The notes: generated from the sequence alone by a model not told the origin. 61,788 bases of DNA from Cyanobacteriota bacterium (GCA_027618255.1 JAQCFG010000002.1:1-61788); one strand, 5' to 3'; numbered from the stretch's first letter, positions 46,324 through 58,672 are shown. Numbers and translations: made by a program.

Positions 46324-46441
46324 ACTTGTCCCAGAATGTCCAATAGCTGTGTTATGCTCACCCTTATTTGCTAGAGCAAACTTCGGGTAAACCCTTCGGG
46401 TTCTCGCAAGCCTTGCTCTTGAACATTCTGAAACAAGTCTA
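46321..46441 (-). repeat. family C MITE-like element (121 bp)
   Basis: TAGACTTGTCCCAGAATGTCCAATAGC...GCTCTTGAACATTCTGAAACAAGTCTA; first TAG is the comEA stop codon. Confidence 0.85.
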
Positions 46442-46643
46442 TTGTCCCAGGTATTAATTATAGAAGCATCGCTAAAACAATTCCTCAAAAAAGGTTTTGT
46501 AGCAAAGTGAATAGAGCTCAGCTTCGTAGAAGCTGCTGACTTTGCGAGATTGCTTTTTTGAAAATTTGTTTGAGCTGATGCTTCGGTACTAGAAGTTGAA
46601 TTGGCAGTCATAATGGTTTGTTTCCCATGCTAAAATAGCCAGA

Positions 46644-47606
46644 ATGGCGATCAAAGACCCAGTTATAATCATCGGCTGCCCCCGTTCAGGGACAACGATG
46701 CTATTTAATATCCTTAATCAAAGTAAGGAATTGTTTACGCTTTATCGAGAGAGCTGGAATGTCATCAAAGGCGCTTATCACAAGGGCTTGCTTAATCCAA
46801 TTGCACTTGATGATAGTTTGACAACTGGTGATATGACTCCGGAGCTCAAAGAATATCTTTTGGATCAATTTAATAAATATAGTGTCAATAATGAAGCACT
46901 TTCTTATTGGATTATTAATCACCTCAAAATCAGAGGCTTAACTCATCACTTGCCGATTCCAAACCCATTGGTGGGTCCACTTAAATTATGGAATGCATTT
47001 GTCAAAGATGTTTTTGTTGGAGATTACCGGCTACTTGAAAAAACTCCGCGCAATTGTTTTCGAGTAGCTTTTATGAATCAATTATTTCCTGATGCACGAT
47101 TTGTTTTTATACAAAGAGAAGCCAACGCCAATATCAGTTCACTCATGGAAGGCTGGCGCAAGAACGCTTCCTGGATTAATCATCAACGTTTCCCTCAGCT
47201 TGATGACAGTGATTTTAAGATGAGCAATTTTGACTATGTTAAGTGGGAGTATGTTTTGCCACCTGGCTGGAGAGAATTTAACGGTAAATCTCTTGAAGAA
47301 ACATGCGCGCATCAATGGATTCAATCAAATCAATATGCTCTTCGTGATCTTGATCAGTTGGACTCTTCTAGAGTAATTAAAGTGAAGTATGAAGATTTGG
47401 TCTCTGATCCAGCAACTACTGTTAAATCAATTACTGATTTTATTGAAGTTCCTTATGAAGGCAAGCTCCAGCAATACGCTGAGAAGCCGCCTGTAGTCAG
47501 CACTTCAATGTTTGAAAAACCAAAGCAGGATAAGTGGAAGAAGAACCAAGAGGCGCTTGAGCGTATTGCCCCAATGTTGGCAAATCAACAAGTTGCACTC
47601 AGTTAA
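46644..47606 (+). CDS. sulfotransferase family protein
   Basis: PAPS 5'-phosphosulfate-binding loop IIIGCPRSGTTML. Confidence 0.7.
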   Translation: MAIKDPVIIIGCPRSGTTMLFNILNQSKELFTLYRESWNVIKGAYHKGLLNPIALDDSLTTGDMTPELKEYLLDQFNKYSVNNEALSYWIINHLKIRGLTHHLPIPNPLVGPLKLWNAFVKDVFVGDYRLLEKTPRNCFRVAFMNQLFPDARFVFIQREANANISSLMEGWRKNASWINHQRFPQLDDSDFKMSNFDYVKWEYVLPPGWREFNGKSLEETCAHQWIQSNQYALRDLDQLDSSRVIKVKYEDLVSDPATTVKSITDFIEVPYEGKLQQYAEKPPVVSTSMFEKPKQDKWKKNQEALERIAPMLANQQVALS

Positions 47607-47627
47607 TCATGTTACAATAATAACGAA

Positions 47628-48878
47628 ATGATTAAAAGAGTAGGCGATCAACTAGGATCAAGTCCGCAAACTCAAAAGAATAGCGCTCGGAGAATCCAAG
47701 ACTTGAGTCCTGATCGTATAAACCGTTTACCAAGAGATCAGGCACTGCAAATTGCAAACAGACCGCAGTCTTTTTCTGTTGATTCTGAAGAATATATTTT
47801 AAAACCAACCGAGCGCTATTGGTGGCTGGATTCTTACTGCCCGGTAGAAAAAATACCCCGCAAAAAAATCTTGGGTTTGTTACCAGCTTCTACCATGCAA
47901 TGGCTCACAAGACCAGTCGATAAGCTTTTGCAGAATGGTACTTTCCAGCCCGAAAAGATGGCCAAGCTCAGAGCGCGAGAAGATTTGGATCTGAAAGACA
48001 AAGATCCGCAGTCAGTTTTGCAATATCTCTATGAGCAGGGGATAGAAAATATCAAGCCTGTAAAGATCAAATTTAAAGATAGAACTCAATTAAGCACAGC
48101 GAAGCCGCAAAATCATATAAAAGCAATTTATATTCAATCACCAATTGAGACAGGAAAGAAGAAAGTGTTTGTTTATTGTCCTGGCCGTAGTGGTGGCATT
48201 GGTTATATGAGCGAGGTTGCTTTGCACCAAGCATACCTTGAAGGAGATGACATTTTGCTATTGAGCTATCGTGGTTATGACACCAATATGATGGGATATC
48301 AGCCTAGTCAGGATTCTATGGCTGATGATATTGATGCGGCGATTAATGTCTTGATTCTTGAGAAAAAATATAAACCCGAAGATATTAATTTCACTGCTTG
48401 TTCTTTGGGAGTTGACGCTCTGATCAACGCTCTTGCTTTGCGGGTCAAGCGGCTTGCTGTAGTTGATGCCAAGGAGCATTGGGGTAAATTAGATTTGCGC
48501 TGTCCTTTCAAGGATCTTGGTGCAATCGCTAGAGAGCGAGTCAAGAAGACTATACCTTTGATCGGTGGCTTATTGCAATATCCTGTTTGGGCAGCTGTCA
48601 GGGACAAACCAATCAGTCACCATGATAATTTGGATTTTGTTTATCCCTATGTTGAGTCTATGGACTTCTTAGCAAATATTGAAGGCGAGCAAGGCACCAG
48701 CGATGAACTTATTCCAAGATGGCATACTGAAGCTAATTACCAGCGTGCTCGAGCTTTAGTGAATAGATCTAAGGGCATAGAGCGAGATGACAGGGCAGTG
48801 AGTTTGTTGCATTTGCCGGATGCTAATCATCAAGAGGTTTCTACGGCAGTAGAGGGAATAGGTCGCTTAAAAAGATAG
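47628..48878 (+). CDS. alpha/beta hydrolase-like protein
   Basis: Nucleophile-elbow-like ACSLG, LLLSYRGY, C-terminal His; last codons and stop come from repeat 48860-48936. Confidence 0.45.
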   Translation: MIKRVGDQLGSSPQTQKNSARRIQDLSPDRINRLPRDQALQIANRPQSFSVDSEEYILKPTERYWWLDSYCPVEKIPRKKILGLLPASTMQWLTRPVDKLLQNGTFQPEKMAKLRAREDLDLKDKDPQSVLQYLYEQGIENIKPVKIKFKDRTQLSTAKPQNHIKAIYIQSPIETGKKKVFVYCPGRSGGIGYMSEVALHQAYLEGDDILLLSYRGYDTNMMGYQPSQDSMADDIDAAINVLILEKKYKPEDINFTACSLGVDALINALALRVKRLAVVDAKEHWGKLDLRCPFKDLGAIARERVKKTIPLIGGLLQYPVWAAVRDKPISHHDNLDFVYPYVESMDFLANIEGEQGTSDELIPRWHTEANYQRARALVNRSKGIERDDRAVSLLHLPDANHQEVSTAVEGIGRLKR

Positions 48879-48936
48879 CAACCGCAACGATTTGCGTGTT
48901 GCCTCACTGGATAATTCCTTATTATGCGACAAGTCT
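48860..48936 (+). repeat. family-1a element, 3' two-thirds
   Basis: AGGTCGCTTAAAAAGATAGCAACCGCAACGATTTGCGTGTTGCC...GACAAGTCT. Confidence 0.8.
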
Positions 48937-48952
48937 CTTTGGAACGATGGTG

Positions 48953-49726
48953 CTAATTCGGTTGTAACAACTTTTTGCCAGCCCAATAAATTGGATAAAC
49001 CACATCATAAAACTTCTGTTTACCCTGCAATTTGTCGTAGATCTTATTGGCTTCAGCGTTCCAGAGATTTATTGACTTATCTCTTTTGACTTTGGTCTTG
49101 GTGTCTTTGTTTAGGCAAGTATCTAGTATCTCGGCTGCTCTTGCTTCAGTCACTGGGATACCAATATCATTAGCTATCTCTATGATCTTGGCTTGAGCAT
49201 ATTTGCTATCAGATCTGAATTTATTAAAATCGATTTGGGTTACACCAGGCTCCGTTTTCCACATATCTAAGAACTTAAACAACTTCACTCTTGTTGGTCC
49301 AAAAATTTCAAGATACTTGATGAAATGATCTTGAGCACTGAGGTCACTGTATTGAGTAAACTCATCTTGCATATCACGGCGCACCTCGCGGAACCAATAA
49401 AACTCTGCCTGCATTGCTTCTTTGTGATCGCGAAAAGAATAAATGATTTTGAAATGCTTCATAGCAAAGTCATTCAAGAGCGGTTTTGCGATATGTCCAA
49501 AAACAAACTCGCCAGCTTGCACTGTATAAAGAGCTTGATCTATATTAAGTGGTACTTTGGCTTTGGAGGGAGTGTATTTATTTACCTCCTCTCCAAAAAG
49601 CAAAAGATTTTCTGCGTGATTCTTGGCAACGTGAAGGTGTCTATTCTTTGCGCCAATTTCGCTGAGGATTTCAGCTAAGAAATAAGTGCCGGCTTTAGGG
49701 ATGGTCGTAAGTAAAATAGGTCTCAT
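48953..49726 (-). CDS. sulfotransferase-like protein
   Basis: N-terminal TTIPKAGTYFL resembles the PKSGTT PAPS loop. Confidence 0.45.
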   Translation of the reverse strand: MRPILLTTIPKAGTYFLAEILSEIGAKNRHLHVAKNHAENLLLFGEEVNKYTPSKAKVPLNIDQALYTVQAGEFVFGHIAKPLLNDFAMKHFKIIYSFRDHKEAMQAEFYWFREVRRDMQDEFTQYSDLSAQDHFIKYLEIFGPTRVKLFKFLDMWKTEPGVTQIDFNKFRSDSKYAQAKIIEIANDIGIPVTEARAAEILDTCLNKDTKTKVKRDKSINLWNAEANKIYDKLQGKQKFYDVVYPIYWAGKKLLQPN

Positions 49727-50972
49727 GATTTATCCACCATAGTATTGTAACCCGGATAAACAACGAGCTTCTTTTTAAAACAAGGGAAGAAAAAGCTACT
49801 CTCAAAAGCCCCATCCATAATCAGCTCTCGCTTATCAAAGAAAATATCCAATTGTTGAGTAATTGCTTTGACTAAGCCATCACTATAAAGAATAGTCTTG
49901 CTATTTTCATTGATCTCTAAGCCTGTTAAATCAAGAAACTGATCTAAGTTCTCTTGGTTCAGGAAGATATAGATTCTGTCCTTGGCTTCAAATTTATCCA
50001 TGCTTTGATATTTCTCTAGTGGAAACTCCTGCTGGGCTTTTTTGCCACGAAAGAAATCACATATTGCTTTAAAACCTAATCCAGCATTGGAGTAGTAGCC
50101 ATGCAAAAATAAATATACAGACCAAGCACCAAATTTAGCTAAAACCAAAGGCAGAGCAAGAGGTTTGTGTCTCAAGTATAGATAAAGCAAATTGCGAATA
50201 TTATAATACTTAATCCAAGTAGCTTGCTTGCATTGAAGTGACTCATGAAAAACAATCGATCTTGGATTACAGTAAATTGCCATGCCCTGTTTTGGAGCAC
50301 GCAAGCACCAATCAACATCATCAAAATGAATAAACAAATCATCCCAGTAACCTAGCTTGGTGATTGACTTACGGGTTTTGAGTAGGGAAGCTGCCGCGCA
50401 GTATTCTACCTTACGCTCTTGCAGTAAGTCATCGGTGATTTTTGTGAAATTCTCGCCAGCATTTTGCATATCAACTCGAGCCTTGCCCCAATCCATAAAC
50501 GCACCAATCTCGCTAATAAGTTCTGGTTTATCAAGCTGGAGTATCATTGAACCAGCTGCCGCTGCATCTGGATTCTTTTTGATAGTATCCATTAACCAAT
50601 TAAGAGAGTTGGGGTGTACTACTACATCATTGTCCAGTAGCCAAATATAATCATTACCTAGTTTCTCGATAGCGTAACGCATGCCGGTATTAAAACCACC
50701 AGCCCCACCAAGATTGGCGCCAGTTTGAATTACTGTGATTGCATCTCCAAACTCAGCTCTTAGTTTTTCTTCAGAACCGTCTGCTGATGCGTTGTCTATG
50801 ACAATGATGTTTAAGAGTTTTCTGTCGTAATTCAAGTGCTCAAAAGAGAGAATCAATTCTCTAATATATTTGTGTTTGTTATAAGTCACCATGACGACGG
50901 TCACGGGATCATTGTGAGTAGGAATTGCTACTTGGTCTTTTTCTTTGTAGAGTAGTGCGAGATCAGAGTTGC

Positions 50973-50976
<4 letters not shown>
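49723..50976 (-). CDS. glycosyltransferase family 2
   Basis: VTVVMVTYNK...VIDNASADGS, LLDNDV. Confidence 0.8.
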
Positions 50977-53157
<2,181 letters not shown>

Positions 53158-53170
53158 ATAATAGCTATAG

Positions 53171-54301
53171 ATGGTACTCAGCACTGAACCAAGTCAAGAA
53201 TTATTAGTAGAATTGCACAATTTGCAAGCTGATTTAATTAAGGCCTGCAATCTAATTGAGGAGTCTAGTGAAGCGGAAAAGTTTTACTTAAATCATCAAG
53301 CCCTGATTAGCAATATCGGTAGCTCAACAAGAATAGAAAATGCGGTACTCACCGATAATCAAATTGAATGGATAGACACCCAATTACAAGAAGATGCTAA
53401 GACTACTGCTTTTGAAGAAAAGAAATCCTTTATCTTAGACAAGCTCTCCAAAGACAGGGAGAGAAGTCTTGAAGAGGTAATTGGTTGTAAAGAAATATTA
53501 GAAGTCGTATTTCAACAATTCCGCGAATTGTATCCATTGACTGAAACTATTGTCTGGGGCTTACACTATAAATTATTACAACATTATCCCAAAGCTCAGC
53601 ACTTCGCTGGTCAGTATAAAAGCTCAGAGAATAAAGTTATTTCTCACAATCATGATACTGGTGAGAACAGGACGGTGCTGGAACCTGCTAGCCCAGGTAT
53701 TATCACTGAAACAGCGATGGTGGAACTTGTAAGATGGTATAACCTGCATATTAAAGAGTATCCATGGACAATTCTTTTTAGTACTGAGTTTGTTTTTCGT
53801 TTTCTTGCGATTCATCCGTTTCAAGATGGTAATGGCAGGCTCGGGCGTGCTTTGTTTTTGCTTAGTCTCTTGCAATCTCCCAATAAATATTTAGCAACAG
53901 TCGTTAGCTATATCTCAATTGATCGTCAAATTGAAAAAAACAAGACCCAATACTACAAAGTATTGCAACAAAGCTCCTTGGGTAAGTTTTATGCCGATCC
54001 TCAGCGTTATAACTTGGATTCTTTGCATTGGTTTTTTATCAAAATTATTAAATCAGCTATTGCCGATGTACATTTCTACCATGCTAAATACCAAAAGCTC
54101 CAAAAACTAAGTGAGTCAGCAACGACTGTGCTCATTAGCTTTAAAAACAATCCAAAGCCAAAATTAAAAATCTCAGATCTTGAACTAGACATAGACTTGC
54201 CTCGCAGAACGATACAAAGATCCCTAAAGACCTTAACGGACAAAGAATTTATACAGAAACTAGGAGCTGGTTCTGATACTAAGTATCAACTTGTTTTTTA
54301 A
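53171..54301 (+). CDS. Fic family protein, class II (N-terminal inhibitory helix), C-terminal wHTH-like domain
   Basis: Fic motif HPFQDGNGRLGRAL; inhibitory motif STRIEN fits (S/T)xxxE(G/N). Confidence 0.85.
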   Translation: MVLSTEPSQELLVELHNLQADLIKACNLIEESSEAEKFYLNHQALISNIGSSTRIENAVLTDNQIEWIDTQLQEDAKTTAFEEKKSFILDKLSKDRERSLEEVIGCKEILEVVFQQFRELYPLTETIVWGLHYKLLQHYPKAQHFAGQYKSSENKVISHNHDTGENRTVLEPASPGIITETAMVELVRWYNLHIKEYPWTILFSTEFVFRFLAIHPFQDGNGRLGRALFLLSLLQSPNKYLATVVSYISIDRQIEKNKTQYYKVLQQSSLGKFYADPQRYNLDSLHWFFIKIIKSAIADVHFYHAKYQKLQKLSESATTVLISFKNNPKPKLKISDLELDIDLPRRTIQRSLKTLTDKEFIQKLGAGSDTKYQLVF

Positions 54302-54308
54302 GAACTAA

Positions 54309-54467
54309 TAGAGTTCTTTCGAAACCCATAAATGGGTCCGAAAGAACTCTACCAAAATCTTCGATTTTGGGTCTTTTGTAAGACCTCATTACACGAAACC
54401 TTCGGTTTCCAAAGAGGTCTAATAGACTTGTTTTGAAAGTCGGAATTATCTCCAAAGGCAACAGCGC
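54309..54467 (-). repeat. composite of nested hairpin elements, inverted copy of 8605-8761
   Basis: Same order of four sub-elements in reverse complement; further TAGAC fragments at 54497 and 54516. Confidence 0.9.
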
Positions 54468-54595
54468 CAATAAGCCCTGTCCAGACAGTAGGACCGTTGT
54501 AGACACAGAATTCATTAGACTTGTTTCGTTTAAGTAGAGGGATTTAGCCATGCTTGTGTTATTACTTAGAATCTAATATACTAAGCTCACCCCCT

Positions 54596-56251
54596 ATGCG
54601 TGCTGACTTCCTTGTAGCTTTAATAATGGTGATCTACCTACTAGGTTATTTCCTCTACTCATCTTTTCTTGCTAAAAAAATATTCAAACTAGACGACAGT
54701 CGTAAAAGCCCAGCTCATGAGTTTGAAGACGGTGATGATTTCGTGCCAACTCGCAAATGGGTTTTGTTCGGGCATCACTATGCCTCTATAGCTGGTGTCG
54801 CACCAATCATTGGTCCCTGTATTGCTGTCTATTGGGGCTGGCTACCAGCGCTCACCTGGGTGGTGCTAGGTAATATATTTATGGGTGCAGTTCATGACAT
54901 GGGGATTTTGTTTCTCTCGGTGCGCAATAAGGCTCAGTCACTTGCTGAAGTTGCCGGGCAGTTTTTACCAAAGAAATCCAAAATCGCTTTATTGTTTATT
55001 ATTGTTTTTCTGTTATGGATTGTGACGGCAGCTTTCTCGGTGGTGATAGCCAGACTTTTTGTGACTTATCCAAGTTCGGTTTTGCCTACTATCATCGCTT
55101 CGATTCTTGCACTTATTATGGGACAGATCTTGTACCGGTCCAAGCTGCACGCACTAGTGCCAAGTTTGATTGCGCTTGCTTTATTGTATGCAAGTATCCC
55201 GCTTGGAGTGAAGTATCCAATAGATTTGACTCTTTGGTTTGAACCGGGTATTGCCACTGCCCTTTGGGTTTTGGTTTTGCTTGTCTATGCATTTATTGCT
55301 TCAGTTTTGCCAGTTTGGGTTTTATTGCAGCCGCGCGATTATATCAACTCTCACCAGATTATTGTGGGACTCGGAATTCTTGTTGTTGGAATTTTTGTAA
55401 CTAAGCCAGAGATGGTTGCGCCGATGATTAATTTTGAAGCCGAGCGTTCTTGGTTTCCGTTTTTGTTTATTACTGTTGCTTGCGGCGCGATAAGCGGCGC
55501 ACATGGTTTGGTTGCAAGTGGTACTACCGCTAAGCAAATCAACAAAGAATCTGACATCCGTCCAATTGCTTATGGCGGCATGCTCTTAGAGGGCTTCCTT
55601 GCTTTGCTTGCGGTGATTGCAGCTAGTGCTGGTTTTGCAAACAATGAGGGTTGGTGCGAGCATTACGGTTCTTGGGCACATGCTTCTCGTCACGGGCTTG
55701 ACGCTTTTGTGCAAGGCTCTGTGAGTTTTATGTCTCATTTTAATTTGGGTCCAGAAATTGCAGCAGCTTTTATTGCGGTGATTATAATTTCATTTGCTGC
55801 TACAAGTCTTGATACTTTATTTCGTATCCAAAGATATATGCTTGAAGAGATTTCAGTGCTGATTAATTTCAAACCATTGGGCAATCGTTATATTGCTTCT
55901 TTAGTTGCAGTGCTGACAGTCTCGATGATGGTCTACTCTGATGGCATTACCAAAGTCGAGGGCGCTTTTACTTTGTGGCCGCTCTTTGGAACTACTAATC
56001 AATTACTTGCTTCACTTGCTTTGATGATACTGGCGCTGTTTTTAATGGAGCTTGGCTCAAATAATCTCTATGTACTTATTCCAGGGATTATTCTTACGAT
56101 ACTTACGGTCATTGCAAACACGATGGGAGTGATGGATTTCTGGCACGACGCCAATTATTTACTGGCAGCTTTTGCTGTTTTGGTTTTATTTTTGCAGTTG
56201 TATATTGTTAAAGACATTACTAGGAGTTTGTTGACAAATGAAACAAATTAG
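54596..56251 (+). CDS. cstA: carbon starvation protein A (peptide/pyruvate transporter family)
   Basis: GHHYASIAGVAPIIGP signature and many TM helices; start set at ATG 54596. Confidence 0.85.
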   Translation: MRADFLVALIMVIYLLGYFLYSSFLAKKIFKLDDSRKSPAHEFEDGDDFVPTRKWVLFGHHYASIAGVAPIIGPCIAVYWGWLPALTWVVLGNIFMGAVHDMGILFLSVRNKAQSLAEVAGQFLPKKSKIALLFIIVFLLWIVTAAFSVVIARLFVTYPSSVLPTIIASILALIMGQILYRSKLHALVPSLIALALLYASIPLGVKYPIDLTLWFEPGIATALWVLVLLVYAFIASVLPVWVLLQPRDYINSHQIIVGLGILVVGIFVTKPEMVAPMINFEAERSWFPFLFITVACGAISGAHGLVASGTTAKQINKESDIRPIAYGGMLLEGFLALLAVIAASAGFANNEGWCEHYGSWAHASRHGLDAFVQGSVSFMSHFNLGPEIAAAFIAVIIISFAATSLDTLFRIQRYMLEEISVLINFKPLGNRYIASLVAVLTVSMMVYSDGITKVEGAFTLWPLFGTTNQLLASLALMILALFLMELGSNNLYVLIPGIILTILTVIANTMGVMDFWHDANYLLAAFAVLVLFLQLYIVKDITRSLLTNETN

Positions 56252-57206
56252 TCAATTGGCTTCTCGCAATTTCTTCATCCTCATAATTATTTTTGCCACT
56301 CTTGGTTTATTTCAAGCCCAGTGGCAACAGGATCTTCAACAATATATCGAGCATATGCTTGGTTTGGTGATTTTTGCAATGGCTTTGACTTTGAGCTTTG
56401 GCGATTTTGCCAAAGTTTTTAAGCAGCCTCATCGTTTAGCACTTGGAGTTGCAGCTCAGTATTTAATCATGCCTCTTGCAGCTTTTTTGATCGCAAGACT
56501 AGTCGGACTATCAGCGGAACTTGCTGTAGGATTGGTTTTGGTAGGTTCTTGCCCAGGCGGTACGGTTTCTAATGTACTTGTGTATATCGCCAAGGCTGAT
56601 TTACCACTTTCTGTTTCAATGACTTTCACGTCGACCTTGCTTGCACCATTGATGTTGCCATTAATGATGTGGCTTTATGCATCGCAATGGATAGAAGTGG
56701 ATACTTGGGCTTTGTTTTGGGCAGCAATCAAAATAGTTTTGATTCCGTTAGTTTTAGGCTTGAGTACAAAAGTTTTAATTAAAAACCAAGAAGCGCGACT
56801 AGAGCCCATCGTCTCACTTAGTTCAGTCTTACTTGTTTGCATCATTATTATGATCATGGTTGCCGTTGGCAGCCCGCGGGTGATGATGCTTGAAAATATA
56901 CAAGCGCATTTGCTTCAGGTTATGCTTGCGGTATTTTTACTGACTGCTGTTGGTATGCTCGCTGGTTACTATTTACCAAAACTAGTTGACACAAATTTAA
57001 ACAACAAACAACTTAGAGCAATAGCAATTGAAGTTTCTATGCAAAACTCGGGTCTCGCTTCGGTACTTGCCCTAGTGCATTTTGGTCCACTGGCAGTCGT
57101 ACCAGCTATTTTTGCTGCTACTTGGAACTGTATCGCTGGTTCGCTTTTGGCTAATTATTGGGCACGAACTTCTCTTGCAACTCATCCAAAACCTCTTGAG
57201 CACTAG
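56238..57206 (+). CDS. bile acid:sodium symporter (BASS) family transporter
   Basis: GLVLVGSCPGGTVSNV and EVSMQNSGLA motifs. Confidence 0.8.
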   Translation: MKQISQLASRNFFILIIIFATLGLFQAQWQQDLQQYIEHMLGLVIFAMALTLSFGDFAKVFKQPHRLALGVAAQYLIMPLAAFLIARLVGLSAELAVGLVLVGSCPGGTVSNVLVYIAKADLPLSVSMTFTSTLLAPLMLPLMMWLYASQWIEVDTWALFWAAIKIVLIPLVLGLSTKVLIKNQEARLEPIVSLSSVLLVCIIIMIMVAVGSPRVMMLENIQAHLLQVMLAVFLLTAVGMLAGYYLPKLVDTNLNNKQLRAIAIEVSMQNSGLASVLALVHFGPLAVVPAIFAATWNCIAGSLLANYWARTSLATHPKPLEH

Positions 57207-58401
57207 CTTCCATCCTGAGCATCTTCAAGTAAGCAGCATTGATTTCTCTTTTGTAACGATTTGCAAAAGCGACTTGCGGAAAATAACTTGCATTTGGACT
57301 ATTTGATAATTCAATAAAAATATTGATATAAGGATTTTCATGTCGGCTAAAAAATTCAGCTGAATGATTTTTAAGCGGCGTGAATTTGCCTTGAGCAAGA
57401 GCTAGATATTCTAGGTTCTCTTGTTTATGTAGCCATTTGATAAACTCTTGCGCTTCTTTGGGGTGTTTGGCTTTAAGAGGGATGGCAAGGGCGTCGATGT
57501 TTACTAGAGTTGCTCCGGTCCGTCTTCGCTCTGCTACGACGCGACGACCTTCTACGAAGGTCGGAAACGGCGTAACAACCACTTCCATCTTCGGCGCAAA
57601 AATCCCAGTAAGTCTATGCTCCCAGACACCACTGTTTTCAATTGCTATGCGTCCTGAATAAAATGGATTGTCAGGACTTTGATAAGCATGGAAGCCCTCG
57701 GTAAATGCTGCTAATTTATCGCGCGGAATTTTACTTGCAAAGTTGTCCTGCACCCAAGTCCATGCTGCGATATTTTCTGGCAAGTTTGCCGTCACGCCAT
57801 TAGCGTTGCCCCAACTGCCACCAAAGCTACTAACAATGAACTTGCCAGCCCAAGGAGGCCAGCTCGGCAGCCAGCCGATTTCATCTGAAGAATTCATTTT
57901 GTCAAAAGCTGCAACTATATCATCAAGTGTTTTTGGAATTGCTAAGCCATACTGATCGAGCAATCCTTTATTAATATGCATCGCGTCACAAGTTGGCATC
58001 AAAGGCATTGCATACTGCTTAGCATTGACATTAAGCATCTCTAGATAGATTGGAATATAATCCTCCTTGTCCACATTCCCCAAGTCCAGTAAGCCTCCGC
58101 GCAAGCCAAGATCAATAACCATATCTCCATCAATATGAATCAAGTCAGGCGGCACGCCAGCTGCAATCGCCATTAGGATTTTTTTGCGTGGCATCGAAAT
58201 GCTCAGCATCTCAACTTCAAAGTCATGATCTTCTGAGTTGAATTTTGCCACCAGATCTTCAAGTGGTTTTTTTTCAGTACCGCTCCAATATTGCCAAAAG
58301 ACTACTTTGTTAGCATCATCCTTCTTCTTTTTTGCAAAAACAAAAGGTAGCGCAGCGATGCACAAGAATACAAATATATATAATGTAGTGTTTTTATGCA
58401 A
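57151..58401 (-). CDS. ABC transporter extracellular solute-binding protein (family 1); start uncertain
   Basis: Signal-like KNTTLYIFVFLCIAALPFVFA then VVFWQYWSG; TTG 58401 (or GTG 58407) preferred because the ATG at 58554 reads through repeat B3. Confidence 0.65.
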   Translation of the reverse strand: MHKNTTLYIFVFLCIAALPFVFAKKKKDDANKVVFWQYWSGTEKKPLEDLVAKFNSEDHDFEVEMLSISMPRKKILMAIAAGVPPDLIHIDGDMVIDLGLRGGLLDLGNVDKEDYIPIYLEMLNVNAKQYAMPLMPTCDAMHINKGLLDQYGLAIPKTLDDIVAAFDKMNSSDEIGWLPSWPPWAGKFIVSSFGGSWGNANGVTANLPENIAAWTWVQDNFASKIPRDKLAAFTEGFHAYQSPDNPFYSGRIAIENSGVWEHRLTGIFAPKMEVVVTPFPTFVEGRRVVAERRRTGATLVNIDALAIPLKAKHPKEAQEFIKWLHKQENLEYLALAQGKFTPLKNHSAEFFSRHENPYINIFIELSNSPNASYFPQVAFANRYKREINAAYLKMLRMEASAQEVLDELQEKFVPNN

Positions 58402-58412
58402 AGCCACAATTA

Positions 58413-58522
58413 AGCATACACTGAAAAATAGACTTTCTCGCGCCTTATGTGACACGTGTTCTGCACGGTCACAACCTTTTATCATGGACCCGACTAGAAA
58501 AACTTCGTTTTTCAGCGTGTCC
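58413..58522 (-). repeat. family B repeat, full length
   Basis: Reverse complement aligns with 44058-44165 end to end. Confidence 0.85.
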
Positions 58523-58615
58523 TTAAATGATACCAATGTCATTAATAAAAACATAGTTATGCTGACTCTCAGGGTTCTATTTATCAGTTACCATTGCAAT
58601 GATGTCGACACACAA

Positions 58616-58667
58616 GGTCGGAACGGTGCAAGGCACTAGTTCCGTTAGTGAGATAAAGGAAACTTTT
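58616..58667 (+). repeat. family D hairpin repeat, copy 2, immediately upstream of fabF
   Basis: GGTCGGAACGGTGCAAGGCACTAGTTCCGTTAGTGAGATAAAGGAAACTTTT. Confidence 0.8.
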
Positions 58668-58672
58668 GTAGC

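Noticed and set aside
46261-46611. 116-aa minus-strand ORF
   Set aside because: Its 3' half runs through family C repeat 46321-46441 and overlaps the comEA 3' end. It has no motif or RBS.
54279-54551. 90-aa minus-strand ORF in the track
   Set aside because: It is composed entirely of the nested repeat block 54309-54467 and further TAGAC fragments. It is open only because these elements tend to lack stops.
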